A stretch of 64,000 nt of DNA from an uncultured Spirochaetota bacterium (GTDB lineage Bacteria; Spirochaetota; Spirochaetia; SZUA-6; Fen-1364). Below the pieces are notes generated by a model. That model was given only the letters and a program-made list of their open reading frames with translations, was not told where the DNA came from and did no database searches. The stretch covers positions 8,030 through 72,029 of the forward strand of contig CAVUXE010000046.1 in assembly GCA_963745235.1 (NCBI GenBank), written 5' to 3'. Below, one piece after another: positions 37,801 through 48,690 of the stretch (position 1 is its first letter; every line of letters starts with the position of its first letter). The translations under genes were made by a program, and so were the position numbers.

Positions 37801-40800
37801 CATAGACGGCTCGCTCGCCCTCGCCGGCGCCCCGGGGCGGAATGCGGTCTACCTCATCGAGGGGAACGGACTGAGCTGGACCGTAGCGCAGGAGATCGAC
37901 GGGACAGGTGGGTTCGGAACCTCGGTTTCCATGAGCGGGCAGCTCGCGGTTGTCGGCGCGCCGCAGGCTATTGGCGGCGACGGCGCGGCCTACGCGTACA
38001 GCGATCTCGGGAGGCGGCGGTCTCACCGCGCTGGGCGGCGCCCTGACGGCTTCGAACGGCGCATCCGGCGACCTCTTCGGCCAGGCGGTCTCGGTGAGCG
38101 GCGGCTACGCGGTAGTCGGCGCCCCGGGTGTGGGCTCCAGCGAGGGGGCGGCCTACGTCTTCCTGGATTCCGCCGGAAGCTGGGCCCAGGTGCAGGAGCT
38201 GAGCGTTGCGCCGAATCCCTCCAACATCGGGCCTCCCAACGACTCCTTCGGAAGCGCCGTGGCCATTTCGGGCCCGCGGATCGTCATAGGCGCGCCCCTG
38301 CGTGACGTGACGACCGCGGTGGGCGGCGTGCCCACGACGGCTCAGGACGAAGGCGCCGCGTTCGTCTTCAGCCTGACAGGCGGCCAGTGGGGCCTGGAGA
38401 CGGTGGTTGCCCCGCTCACCGGCTCGGATGCCGCGGCGGGAGACAACGTGGGCTACGCGGTGGCGGTCAGCGGGGACTTCGTGGTTGCCGGCGCGCCGCA
38501 GCTTGCCGGGCGGACGGCGTACAACAGCACCCCGGGGGTGATCAACACCTCGGGAGCCGGCTACGCCTACCTGCGAAGCGTCTCGCCCCCGACAACCGTG
38601 ACCTACCCGGAGACACAGCAGACGCTCATCGACGGCGCTCAGGCCAACACGATCTCGGGCACCATCGGCGGGCTGGCAATGTCCACCGTGGAGTTCTTCG
38701 ATGTCCCCAGCTTCACTATCAGCACGGGCAACGCTCCCAGCACCGTGACCATCGGCCCCGCCGGCCTGACCGCGTACGGCCTGGAGAACTTCAGCGTAAA
38801 CGCGGGCTCGGCAAGCACCACGCTGGTGCTGCAAAGCCCGAACCTGACGCCGCCCCTTGTCGGTCAGTACGTGCCCACGGGGGATTTCAACGGCGCATCC
38901 TCCGGAAGCGCGCTGCCTCCGGGCGCGGGCTACATGCAGGTGACCGGGGCCTTCACGTTCAACGGCGTCGGCTCCAATACCGTGGTGGCCAGCGCGGACA
39001 CCGACTGGACGCTGGACGGGACCACGCTCACCGGCGGCACCGGGGGGAACATCGTCCTGAGCGGCGTCCAGAACGTGCAGCTCATCGGCGGACCGAGCTC
39101 CAACCGCATCACCGTGGTGAGCTGGGCCGGCTCCGTCCTGGTCGACGGCAGGGGCGGGTCGGATCAGATCACCGTGTATGCCGGGGCAGTGGCCAACTGG
39201 ACGGTCAGCGAGACGACGGGCGGCCCCGCGGACCAGAACCAGCTCACCGTCATTGGCGGCGCCGGACCCAACTCGTTCACCGTCACATCGGGTGAGATCT
39301 TCCTGGGAACGCAGGGATTCAGCTACAGCGGCATCCAGATCCTGAAGATCCTCGGCGGCCCGGGCAATGACTCGCTGACGGTGGATGGCTCGAGCGCGGG
39401 CACCGTCATGCTGGACGGCGCCGCCGGGTCGGACACGTACACGGTTGCCGGCACTGGTTCTTTTGACGTGTGGGTGAGCGACAGCGGTCCCGGCCCCGCC
39501 CAGGGGGACACGGACACCCTGCGCGTTCCCGCAAACAGCGTCTCCGAAACGGCGGTGGGCGGCTTCTTCCGGCTCGTGTCGGGCGGCACGACCATCTATT
39601 ACGACACGAGCATCGAGAAAGTGGAGCAGAACGCGGTGTCGCCCATCCTCACCGTTCAGGGCACGGGCGGGAATGACACCTTCACCGTCAACGGCTCGGT
39701 TCTGACTTTCAACTCGTTCGTGATCGACCTCACCTCGGTCACGCAGCTCACCATCGATGAAAATGGCGGCAACGACACGATCACGGTCCTGGGAGTGCTG
39801 CCCACCCTGACATCGTTCGTCATCAACGGGGGCAGCGGCACCACGACGCTGGTGGGACCGAACGACCCGACTACCTGGACCATAACGGGCCAGAACGCCG
39901 GCTCGGTTGGCGTGGGCAACTCGCAGGGAGGCACGCTGATGGTCTCTTTCACGAACGTGCAGAACCTGAGCGGCGGCGCGGGGTCCAACACGTTCGCGTT
40001 TGTCGGAGACTCCGCGGGCATCACCGGCAGCCTGGATGGAGGGGGCGGGCCGAACGTGATGAGCTGGTCCGGGCGATCGACCGGGGTAGCAGTGGATCTC
40101 GCTTCGGGCACGGTGACGGGTGTGGGCGGACAAGTCATGGATGTCCAAACATTCATCGCGGCAGGCGGAAGCGGGAACACGTTCATTGGCCCTGATGCCG
40201 ACGCAACGTGGAACATCGACGGGACGAACAGCGGCATGCTCCTCAGCGGCGCCTCGACCTTCACCTTCGAGGGCTTCCAGAACCTGGTGGGCGGCGCGGG
40301 CTCCGATAGCTTCGCGCTCCTGCCCGGAGGATCCGTGAGCGGAGTCGTGGACGGCGGAGGCGGCGCGAACTCTCTTACTCTCTCCCCGGCGCAGCCGGAT
40401 GAGGTCATTGGGGTGACCGCCACGATGGTCACGGTGGACGGCGCGGAGACGAGCTACGCGAACATCCAGGTGCTGAATGTCAGCGCGCTCGGCGGCTCCG
40501 ACCAGGTCACCGTAGATCCCAGCGGAGCCGGCTTCCCCTCCTCGGTCAACATCGCCACGAGCGGCGTGGCTGACACCATCACGGTGGACCTTGCGCCGAC
40601 CACGGCGACGACGATCAATATCAGCGCTGTCTCGCTTTCCACGGACACCCTCATCATCCAGGGTGCCTCCACCCCGGATCCCGTCCTTGTCACGGACCCT
40701 CTGATCCAGTTCGACTCCCTGCAGGTGACTTTCACCAACGTGGAGAACCTCACGATCAACGGCGCGGCCGGGAATGACTCCATCACGCTCGTCGGCCCGA

Positions 40801-43800
40801 TCGTCCCCGGGACCCTTTCGGTGAATGCGGGAACGGGTGACGTGATCGTCAACGTTGGAAGCCCTGCCATCGGTTCCGGCGGGACAGCAGGTGGAATTGC
40901 CTCACAGCTCATTCTGAACGGCGGCCCCGGCAACGACACGCTGAACATCGATGACTCGGGCGATACTGCCTTCACGAATGTCCAGCTTACCGCCACCGCG
41001 GTGGTTGGCCTGGGGAGCGTCATCCAGTACTCCGGCTTCGCCACCGTGAACGTGGCCTTCGGCTCATCGGTGAGCAGCCTGGTCATCGCCAGCACGGACG
41101 CGGGCATCACCAACGTATATGGGGGAGCAGGGACCGCCGTTGAGACAATCCAGTCCACCGGAGGACAGCTGACACTGTATACCGGGGACGGGAACGACAC
41201 GGTGAACGTGCAGTCCATCGGCGCTCCGGCAACCATCAGCCTCGGAGCGGGAAATGACACGGTGAACGTTGGGAGCCTGGACCCGGGGACCGGCGGAGTG
41301 GTGAGCGGGATAAGCGCTCTGCTGACCGTCAGCGGCGGCTCGGGGACTGACACACTGGTCATCGATGACTCCGGTGACGCGGCCCCGACAACCGGAACCC
41401 TCACCAACACCACCCTGGCCGGGCTGGGGATGGCAGGAAGCATATACTACCAGGGCATCGCGAACCTGACGATTTCGCTCGGCTCGGGCGCGAACACGTT
41501 CGCGATCCTCAGCAACGACTCACAGTCCACGACCGTTGACGGCGGCGCGGGGAATGACACGTTCACGATAGCGGCAACCGCGGGAACGCAGGTCCCCGCC
41601 AGCGGTCCTTTGTTCGTGGATACCGGTAACGGGAACGACGCGGTGAACGTGCAATCCATCGGCGCTCCGGCAACCATCAGCCTCGGAGCGGGAAATGACA
41701 CGGTCACGGTGGGAAGTCTTGCCCCGGGGACCGGCGGAGTGGTGAGCGGGATAAGCGCTCTGCTGACTGTGAGCGGCGGCTCGGGGACTGACACACTGGT
41801 CATCGATGACTCCGGTGACGCGGCCCCGACAACCGGAACCCTCACCAACACCACCCTGACCGGACTGGGGATGGCGGGAAGCATCTACTACCAGGGGATC
41901 GCGAGCCTCCTGGTTGCGCTTGGTTCTGGCGTGAACACCTTCACGATCCTCAGCAACGACTCGCAGTCCACGACTGTTGACGGAGGCGCGGGGAATGACA
42001 CCTTCACGATAGCGGCCACTGCGGGAACGCAGGCCTCCGCCAGCGGGCCCCTGTTCGTGAATACCGGCAACGGGAACGACACGGTGAACGTGCAGTCCAT
42101 CGGCGCTCCGGCAACCATCAGCCTCGGAGCGGGAAATGACTCGGTGAACGTTGGGAGCCTGGCCCCCGCCTCGGGCGGAACGCTCGGCGGGATCACCGCG
42201 CTCCTCACTGTCAACGGCGGCTCAGGGACTGACACACTGGTCATCGATGATTCCGGTGACGCAACCGCGGCAACCGGATCGCTCACCAACACCACTCTGA
42301 CCGGGCTGGGAATGGCGGGAGGCATTTACTACCAGGGGATTGCGAACCTCCTGGTCGCGCTTGGTTCTGGCGGGAACACCTTCACGATCCTCAGCAACGA
42401 CTCGCAGTCCACGACTGTTGACGGAGGCGCGGGGAATGACACCTTCACGATAGCGGCCACCGCGGGAATGCAAGCCCCCGCCAGCGGGCCCCTTTTCGTG
42501 AACACCGGTAGCGGCGTTGACATGGTGACGATCCTCTCCACCAGCGGACCGGTCACTGTTACGACCGGCAGCGGCAACGACGCGGTGAGCGTGCAATCCA
42601 TCGGCGCTGCGGCAACCATCATCCTGGGAGCCGGCACTGACACGGTCACGGTGGGAAGTCTTGCCCCAGCCACAGGCGGTGTGGTGAGCGGGATAAGCGC
42701 CCTGCTGACTGTCAACGGCGGCACGGGGACTGATACCCTGGTCATCGATGACTCGGGTGACGCGGCCCCGACAACCGGAACTCTCACCAACACCACCCTG
42801 GCCGGGCTGGGGATGGCGGGAAGCATCTACTACCAGGCTATTGCGAACCTGACGATTTCACTTGGTTCAGGCGGGAACACCTTCGCGATCCTCAGCAACG
42901 ACTCGCAGTCCACGATCGTCGACGGCGGCGCGGGGAATGACACGTTCACGATAGCGGCAACCGCGGGAACGCAGGCCCCCGCCAGCGGGCCCCTGTTCGT
43001 GAACACCGGCAACGGTGTTGACATCGTTACGATCCTCTCCACGAGCGGACCGGTCACTGTCACGACCGGCAGCGGCAACGACCTCGTGAACGTGCAGTCC
43101 ATCGGCGCCCAGGTAACCATCAGCCTCGGAGCCGGCACCGACACGGTCATGGTGGGAAGTCTTGCCCCAGCCATAGGCGGCGTGGTGAGCGGGATAAGCG
43201 CTCTGCTGACCGTCAGCGGCGGTTCGGGGACCGACACACTGGTCATCGATGATTCGGGTGACACGGCGCCGCAGCCCCTGGTTCTTGGCAACGATCATAT
43301 CGGCGGGCTGGGCATGGCAGAGGGGATCGACTTCTCCTCAATCGCCAGCCTCGTTCTCCTGCTTGGATCGGGGGCAACAGACATCACCATCATCGGGACG
43401 CCGTCGGGCACCACGACAACCCTGACCCTTGGCCCGGGCAACGACACGGTGAACATCCAGGCAACCGAAGGCGCCCTGGATGTCATAACGGGAGCCGGAG
43501 CGGACACCATCAACATCTCCTCCGACGCGCCGGCGGACAGCGGGACCCTGGCCGGCATCCTCGGCGCGGTCACCATTGACGCCGCGCGGGGTATGGCCAC
43601 GCTGAATGTCAGCGATTCGGGAGACACGCTGCCGTCCCCCAACGTGATCATCACAGCCACCTCGATCACGGGACTCTCCCCCGCTGCCATCACTTATGTC
43701 ACGAGCGGCGGGACTTTCAACGGCGGTGTCAATATCTCCGCCGGTTCGGGCGGCAACACCATCGTGATCCAGTCCACGAATCACGACCCCGGCACCACCA

Positions 43801-46046
43801 CCACGGTCTGGTCCGGCAACGGCTCGGACACCGTCACGGTGACGGAGACCGACCCGACGTCCCTGGTGATCAACGGACAGGCTGGAAACGACGTGATCGA
43901 TGCCACGGCTACAACAACGGGCGTGACGATCACGGACGGGAACGGGAATGACGTCATCCTCGGCGGTTCGGGGAATGACACCATCACGGCGGGCAACGGA
44001 AACGACCAGATCATCGGCGGCCTCGGGTCCAACACTATCACCGCGGGCAACGGAAACGACATCGTGATTGGCGCGGACGGGGAAGTTGTGCGGGTGGGCG
44101 GCCAGGTCGTCCTGGTGGAGTCCACCAGCGGGACGGAGGGCGGGAGCAACGTGATCACCGTGGGCAGCGGCAACGACGTGATCATTGGCGGCCCGGGAAA
44201 CAACACAATTTCGGCAAACGGCGGACTGGCAACGCAGGATATCGTGCTCGGCCACGACGGCTACGTCACCTTCGGAGGAACGGCAAGCTTCGGTCCGGGG
44301 GAGGCCGGCTCGACGATGAGCTTCAACTTCGTCGACTCTTCCGAGGCCTATGTGAGCGGAGTGTTTGGAGCTCCCGGTGCGGCAGCAGGAGACTGGAACA
44401 ACCTCGACGGCCTCTCCGGAACCTACGGTGCTTCCCCCGGTCAGTCCGCGCTGCTGAGCAACGGCGGCTCCGCCCCTGGTGTCACGGTCCAATGGAATGC
44501 GGCCCAGGGAAATGAGGTCACGGCGGCCACCGTGAGCGGGCTGTCATACTACTACGCTTCCTACAACGTGTACGTCTACCTTGGCGGTGACGGCTCGGCG
44601 CCTTCGAGCGCCGTGAGCGACGGTTCGACCACCTACTACGTCACTGACGCCCAAGGCCGCAGCTTCTGCGGGACCCTGATCCAGGTGACATCGACGAACC
44701 CGAGCGCGCCGGGAGTCGGCAACTATGTCGTGTTCAGCGCTCTGACAGGAAACAGCTTCACAATCAGCGCGTCGAGCACCGCTTCCGGCGCCGGGCGCCA
44801 CCAGGCCGCGGGGATGGCGGGCCTTCAGATCGTGGGCCAGAGCCAGCCGATCGACAGGATTGCCACGACGCTTCCGACGGTAGGCGGCAACGACACCATC
44901 ATCCTTGCCGGCGGCTCGAACATTGTCTTCGGCGGCGCAGGCAACAATACGATCACCATCGGCGGGGCGGGCAGCAACATCGTGGCGGGCGGCAACGCCG
45001 AGGCCACGCTCGTCAAGGGCTCCGTTCGCTCCGTGCAGACCACGGATCCCGAGGTGGCCGGCAATGACGTGATCACCACCGGCGCGGGAGCGGACATCAT
45101 CTTCGGTGGCAGCGGCAACGACATGCTGAGCGCCGGGGCAGGCAACAACGTGGCGTTCGCGGACAACGCCGAGGTGACCTTCTTCCCCGCCGGCCAGCTG
45201 GGGATCCAGCTCCTGTTCCCGGCCTACGGCGGCAATGACACGGTGATTGTCGGCTCCGGCACGAACCTCTTCTTCGACCAGGCGGGCAGCGTCCGCTACA
45301 TTTTCCCGGCCGGCGTCAGTGGCAGCGACACGATCGTGGAAGCGGGCTCCTGCGACTGCGCTGCCCAGGGGGCTCGGCACGACACATTTGATTTCAGCGG
45401 GTTTGGGGCTCCGATCGGCATCGACTACGGCGTGACGCAGACCCACTTTGTCGGCGGGAGCTCCGCCACCGCACCTCAGCTGGCGGTAACCGTCTCCAAC
45501 CCGGGCAGCGTCGAGCAGGTCATCTCGACCGCGCGGGACCAGATCCTGATCGGTTTCTTCGACGTCGACAGCATGACCCACGGGAAGGCCCCGGCGGGCC
45601 TCTACGACGCGCACCATGATGAGGATGCCTCCCTGGCGGTGATCGTGAACGCCGGGGCGGGCGATGACCTTCTCACTGTGGCCAGCGCCGGGTGCGACGA
45701 CATCACGGTGGCGGGCGGATCGACATCGACCACGCCCTGGTCTCTTGCAGTCGAGGATCCCAGCCTCGTTGTGATCAATACCGCGGATGCCGGCGCCGTC
45801 GTGAAGACAGGCGGCCTGCGCCGCGACCAGCTCGGGGACCTTATCGTGAACAAGGGTGCCGCGGCCACGAATCCGCCTCCCTCGCAGCCGGACCACGACC
45901 AGTCCGGATGCGGCGACGGCTCATGCGATCCCGGCGATGGTTCGGGCAACTTTTGCGGCCTCGGCTTCACGGTGACCGGGTTTGCCAGCCCGACCATGAG
46001 CCTCCTCACCGCGGCGGATGAGGACCAGCGGAGCTTCGATCAGTAA
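13892..46046 (+). CDS. Giant LEPR-xLL-motif secreted/adhesin-like repeat protein (~10,716 aa if joined), appearing as five ORFs separated by four +1 frame breaks
   Basis: Starts MKRSKSDFQLEQLEPRLLLS. ORFs 13892-, 22116-, 32926-, 35069- and 37950- each shift +1, and the protein pattern continues across breaks at ~22108, ~33131, ~35065 and ~38010. G/A/S/T/V-rich beta-solenoid with FG-GAP and GGxGND repeats. Confidence 0.88.
13928..13948 (+). other. LEPR-xLL N-terminal signature motif
   Basis: Codons 13-19 read LEPRLLL; no classical hydrophobic Sec signal peptide; followed by an Ala/Pro-rich linker. Confidence 0.9.
16400..22100 (+). repeat. Five ~360-370-aa internal protein repeats, each with an aromatic ~60-aa module
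   Basis: Y(E/Q/L)(Y/F)xG...LDL...Y.D...W motif at ~17100, 18175, 19268, 20374 and 21461; recurring AFNxxGW...xxDALLG segment. Confidence 0.85.
27810..28830 (+). repeat. Four small beta-barrel-like repeats (GD.V.Y...I.GL...Y.V)
   Basis: GLQTGDTVIY..ITGLVNGRTYGV; HNLQTGDLVVY..VGGLSDGTTYVV; GFADGQAVTY...IGGLVDGVTYYV; PFRAGDEVIY..INGLVSGNRYWV. Confidence 0.75.
34650..38580 (+). repeat. FG-GAP (integrin-alpha-like) repeat region, about 21 blades
   Basis: Repeated FGxSVAxSGxxxVVGAP...GAxYVF...W motifs spanning three of the ORF pieces. Confidence 0.88.
41190..43270 (+). repeat. Near-identical tandem DNA repeats of 441/441/501/501 bp plus a partial fifth unit, encoding RTX-like beta-roll units
   Basis: The unit start AACGAC..GGTGAACGTGCAGTCCATCGGCGC (minor variants) recurs at ~41190, 41631, 42072, 42573 and 43074; encodes GNDTVNVQSIGAPATISLGAGND...DDSGD...GGAGNDTF. 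Confidence 0.9.
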
Positions 46047-46681
46047 TTGAACGGCGCAGGCGGCTTTGGGCCGGGCGGGGTGAACCCGTAGTCCACGCCG
46101 GCGAGGACCGCGAGCCTCAAGCGGCGGGTCGGCGGCAGGGGATCGACGAACATCATCACGGGGAGGGAGACGCCTCCAAAGGAGAACCTCCATCCAACCG
46201 CGTAGACGATGGAAGGGGCGAGGGAGACGCCGCTGCCATCGTCGGCAAGCTCGAGTTGCGGCCCGAGGCCGGCCTCCAGGCCGAAAGGAGTTGTCGCTCC
46301 CAGGAGAAGGTCGAGAACCGGGAGCGCAAAGTTCTGATCCAGCCCGACCACCGTGAGGAGCTGGCTGAAATAAAGGTGAAAGCCGGTCTGGGCAAGAGGC
46401 ACCTGCTCCGACAGGTCCACGCCGATCTGGCTGTAGACTGGGAAGTATGTGTGCCCGCTGGGAAAGATACGCTGGACCGTGTCGTTGAAGTCTGAGGGTT
46501 GCGCAATCTCGCCGCCAACCCCGACCCTGGGCCCCAGGTAGAGCCAGGGAGAGCGCGGCGGCGACGGCTCGGCCTGCGCCGGGGCGGTCCCTCCCTCGTC
46601 CTGCGCCCAGGCGATGCCGGGTTCAGCTGCCAGGATAACCCCCAGGAAAGCAATCAGCCCCACGAATCGCCAGAGTTTCAT
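46040..46681 (-). CDS. Exported protein, probable small outer-membrane beta-barrel; last gene of the export operon
   Basis: Signal peptide ...IAWA|Q; amphipathic strands (LYLGPRVGV, LEAGLGPQL, IVYAVGWRF, VLAGVDYGF); its stop overlaps the giant gene's stop. Confidence 0.65.
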   Translation of the reverse strand: MKLWRFVGLIAFLGVILAAEPGIAWAQDEGGTAPAQAEPSPPRSPWLYLGPRVGVGGEIAQPSDFNDTVQRIFPSGHTYFPVYSQIGVDLSEQVPLAQTGFHLYFSQLLTVVGLDQNFALPVLDLLLGATTPFGLEAGLGPQLELADDGSGVSLAPSIVYAVGWRFSFGGVSLPVMMFVDPLPPTRRLRLAVLAGVDYGFTPPGPKPPAPFNY

Positions 46682-46697
46682 TCTTATTTCCCTTCCT

Positions 46698-48686
46698 TCA
46701 TACTATGTCCCGACGCGCAAACGACAGGGAGTCATCCAGCCAGGTATCCATCCGCAGCACTGACCGCCTGCGGGCCGCGGCAAGCCGCTGGGCGAGCGCC
46801 TGGGCCAGGCGCGCCGCACCCGTGGCCTGAAGCCCGGCCCCGGGGAGCCTCCCCCGCAGCTGCGCCCCGATGAGCAACCGCGCGGGGCGCGGGATGAATC
46901 TCCGCACTACCTCGTCCTCCAGGCTCATGTACAGGCGCGCGCTGCCGGGGTCCCCCTGGCGGGCGGCTCGGCCGAAGAGCTGCCTATCGATCCTCGACGA
47001 CTCGTTGCATTCGGCGACGATCACGTGGAGGCCGCCGCGCCCTGCCACGCCGTTGCCCAGGCGGATGTCCGTGCCGCGTCCGGCCATGTTGGTGGCGATG
47101 GTGACAGCCCCCGGCGCTCCGGCGAGGGTGACGATCCCTGCCTCCTCACGATGGCGAACCGCGTTCAGGAGCCGGTGCGGGAGCCGGAGGGCGTCCAGTC
47201 TCCGGGAAAGCGACTCGCTGTCCTTGACGCTGCGAGTGCCCACCAGGACTGGACGGTCTTCGCGGTGAAGCATCTGCACTTCGTCGATCACTGCCCGCCA
47301 TTTCGACTGCGAGTCCGCGTAGGCGCGCGACGGGAAGAGCTGTCGCCGGGATGGCCGGTTCTCCGGCAGCGTGATGGTCGGAAGCTCGTAGATTGTCCAC
47401 ATCTCATCCGCGACCTCCCGAGCCGTCCCGGTCATTCCCGCAAGCCTGTGAAAAAAGCGATAGAAGCGCTGGAAGCTCAGGCGTGCCAGGGTCTCGGTGG
47501 GAGGGGTCAGGGGAAGGTTCTCCTGGGCCTCGATGAGCTGGTGCAACCCGAACCGCCACGTGCGTTGGGGCATCTGTCGCCCGGTGAACTCGTCAACGAT
47601 CACCACCTTCCCGTCCTGGATGACGTACTGGTGATCGCGATGGAAAAACTCACGGGCCGTCAGGGCCTGCTCCACGAGGTCCATGTAGCCGCCAAGCCCT
47701 CGATAGCGCGCTCCCGATTGTTCCACGAGCTTTCCCAGCCGATCCGAGAGCCGCGGAGACAGCTCGATCTCCTTGCGGCGCTCGTCCACCGTGTAGTCCG
47801 CGTTCCGTTCCAGCCCGGCGCTCACCGCGTGCGCAATCTCGCATGCTTCCAGGAAGAGGTCGTTCGGAAGGGAGTGCGAGATGACGAGCGGTGTCACCGC
47901 TTCGTCGATCAGTATGCTGTCCGCTTCGTCCACGATGGCGTAGTGGATGCCGCGCATGACGAGACCCTTCTCGATCTCAGCCTGCCTGCCGAGGAGTGCG
48001 GAGATCTGGCGCCGTCCGGCGTTCTGAAGATTGCCCAGCCAGAGACGGTCCCGCAGGAAATCCGCCACGATCTCCTTGTTCGTCGTGTAGGTGACGTCCA
48101 TGCGGTAGGCGTCCCGGCGAGCGTCGCGCCCCATGGGTCCCGTCACGCAGCCCACCGACAGCCCGCTGAACCTGTACAGCGGGGCCATCCAGCGCGCGTC
48201 ACGCTCCGCCAGGTAGTCGTTGACGGTGATGATATGGCAGGGGAGGCCGGCCCAGCCGCGGATCACCGCGGCAAGCGACGCGGTGATCGTCTTTCCTTCG
48301 CCCGTGGCCATCTCCACGAGGTACCCCTCGTACAAGGCAAGCGAGCCCGCCAGCTGCACGGTGTACGGCCGCATCCCCAGGTGCCGTTCGGCCGCTTCCC
48401 GCAGCGCGGCGAGCGCCTTCGGCACGAGACTCTCACTGCGGTCCGGGCGACGCCTGAATTGCTCCTTGAGATCGAAGAGCCGGCTCTTCAGGACGCCGTC
48501 CGTGAGGGATGCCCACGCAGGGGCTTCCTTGTCTATCTGCTCCGCCTTTGCGAGCATGAGCCCCACGTTGCCGGGTCCCCGGGCAAGCCAGCCCGCCAGG
48601 GCGAAGAGGCGGGCGTCCAGGCCCTGGTAGATGTCCCGCGGCCGGCGGATGTTCGTGCGGCGGTACTCATTGGTGGGCGTGCTCAT
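46698..48686 (-). CDS. Accessory, C-terminally truncated SecA-like DEAD ATPase (662 aa)
   Basis: EMATGEGKT, IVDEADSILIDEA, DEFTGR, GMTGTA, ATNMAGRGTDI, RIDRQLFGRAARQGDPG; ends ~70 aa after NBD2; start at Met 48686, just after the upstream stop. Confidence 0.9.
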   Translation of the reverse strand: MSTPTNEYRRTNIRRPRDIYQGLDARLFALAGWLARGPGNVGLMLAKAEQIDKEAPAWASLTDGVLKSRLFDLKEQFRRRPDRSESLVPKALAALREAAERHLGMRPYTVQLAGSLALYEGYLVEMATGEGKTITASLAAVIRGWAGLPCHIITVNDYLAERDARWMAPLYRFSGLSVGCVTGPMGRDARRDAYRMDVTYTTNKEIVADFLRDRLWLGNLQNAGRRQISALLGRQAEIEKGLVMRGIHYAIVDEADSILIDEAVTPLVISHSLPNDLFLEACEIAHAVSAGLERNADYTVDERRKEIELSPRLSDRLGKLVEQSGARYRGLGGYMDLVEQALTAREFFHRDHQYVIQDGKVVIVDEFTGRQMPQRTWRFGLHQLIEAQENLPLTPPTETLARLSFQRFYRFFHRLAGMTGTAREVADEMWTIYELPTITLPENRPSRRQLFPSRAYADSQSKWRAVIDEVQMLHREDRPVLVGTRSVKDSESLSRRLDALRLPHRLLNAVRHREEAGIVTLAGAPGAVTIATNMAGRGTDIRLGNGVAGRGGLHVIVAECNESSRIDRQLFGRAARQGDPGSARLYMSLEDEVVRRFIPRPARLLIGAQLRGRLPGAGLQATGAARLAQALAQRLAAARRRSVLRMDTWLDDSLSFARRDIV

Positions 48687-48690
48687 GGGT

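Noticed and set aside
22100-38020. Programmed frameshifting or phase variation in the giant gene
   Set aside because: The runs are at most 3 nt, there are no slippery heptamers, and the same +1 pattern occurs in unrelated oxidoreductase genes
41190-43270. Tandem repeats as a CRISPR array or mobile element
   Set aside because: Units are 441/501 bp, in frame and protein-coding; no spacers, cas genes, transposase or terminal inverted repeats
14000-46000. Many long antisense and alternative-frame ORFs over the giant gene (e.g. 24851-26548, 37968-40148)
   Set aside because: Shadow ORFs caused by GC-rich codon bias; no recognisable motifs, and the plus-strand frame explains the region
46698-48686. 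Calling this the housekeeping secA
   Set aside because: Too short, lacks the C-terminal domains and is embedded in an HlyD/TolC operon; no gene symbol assigned
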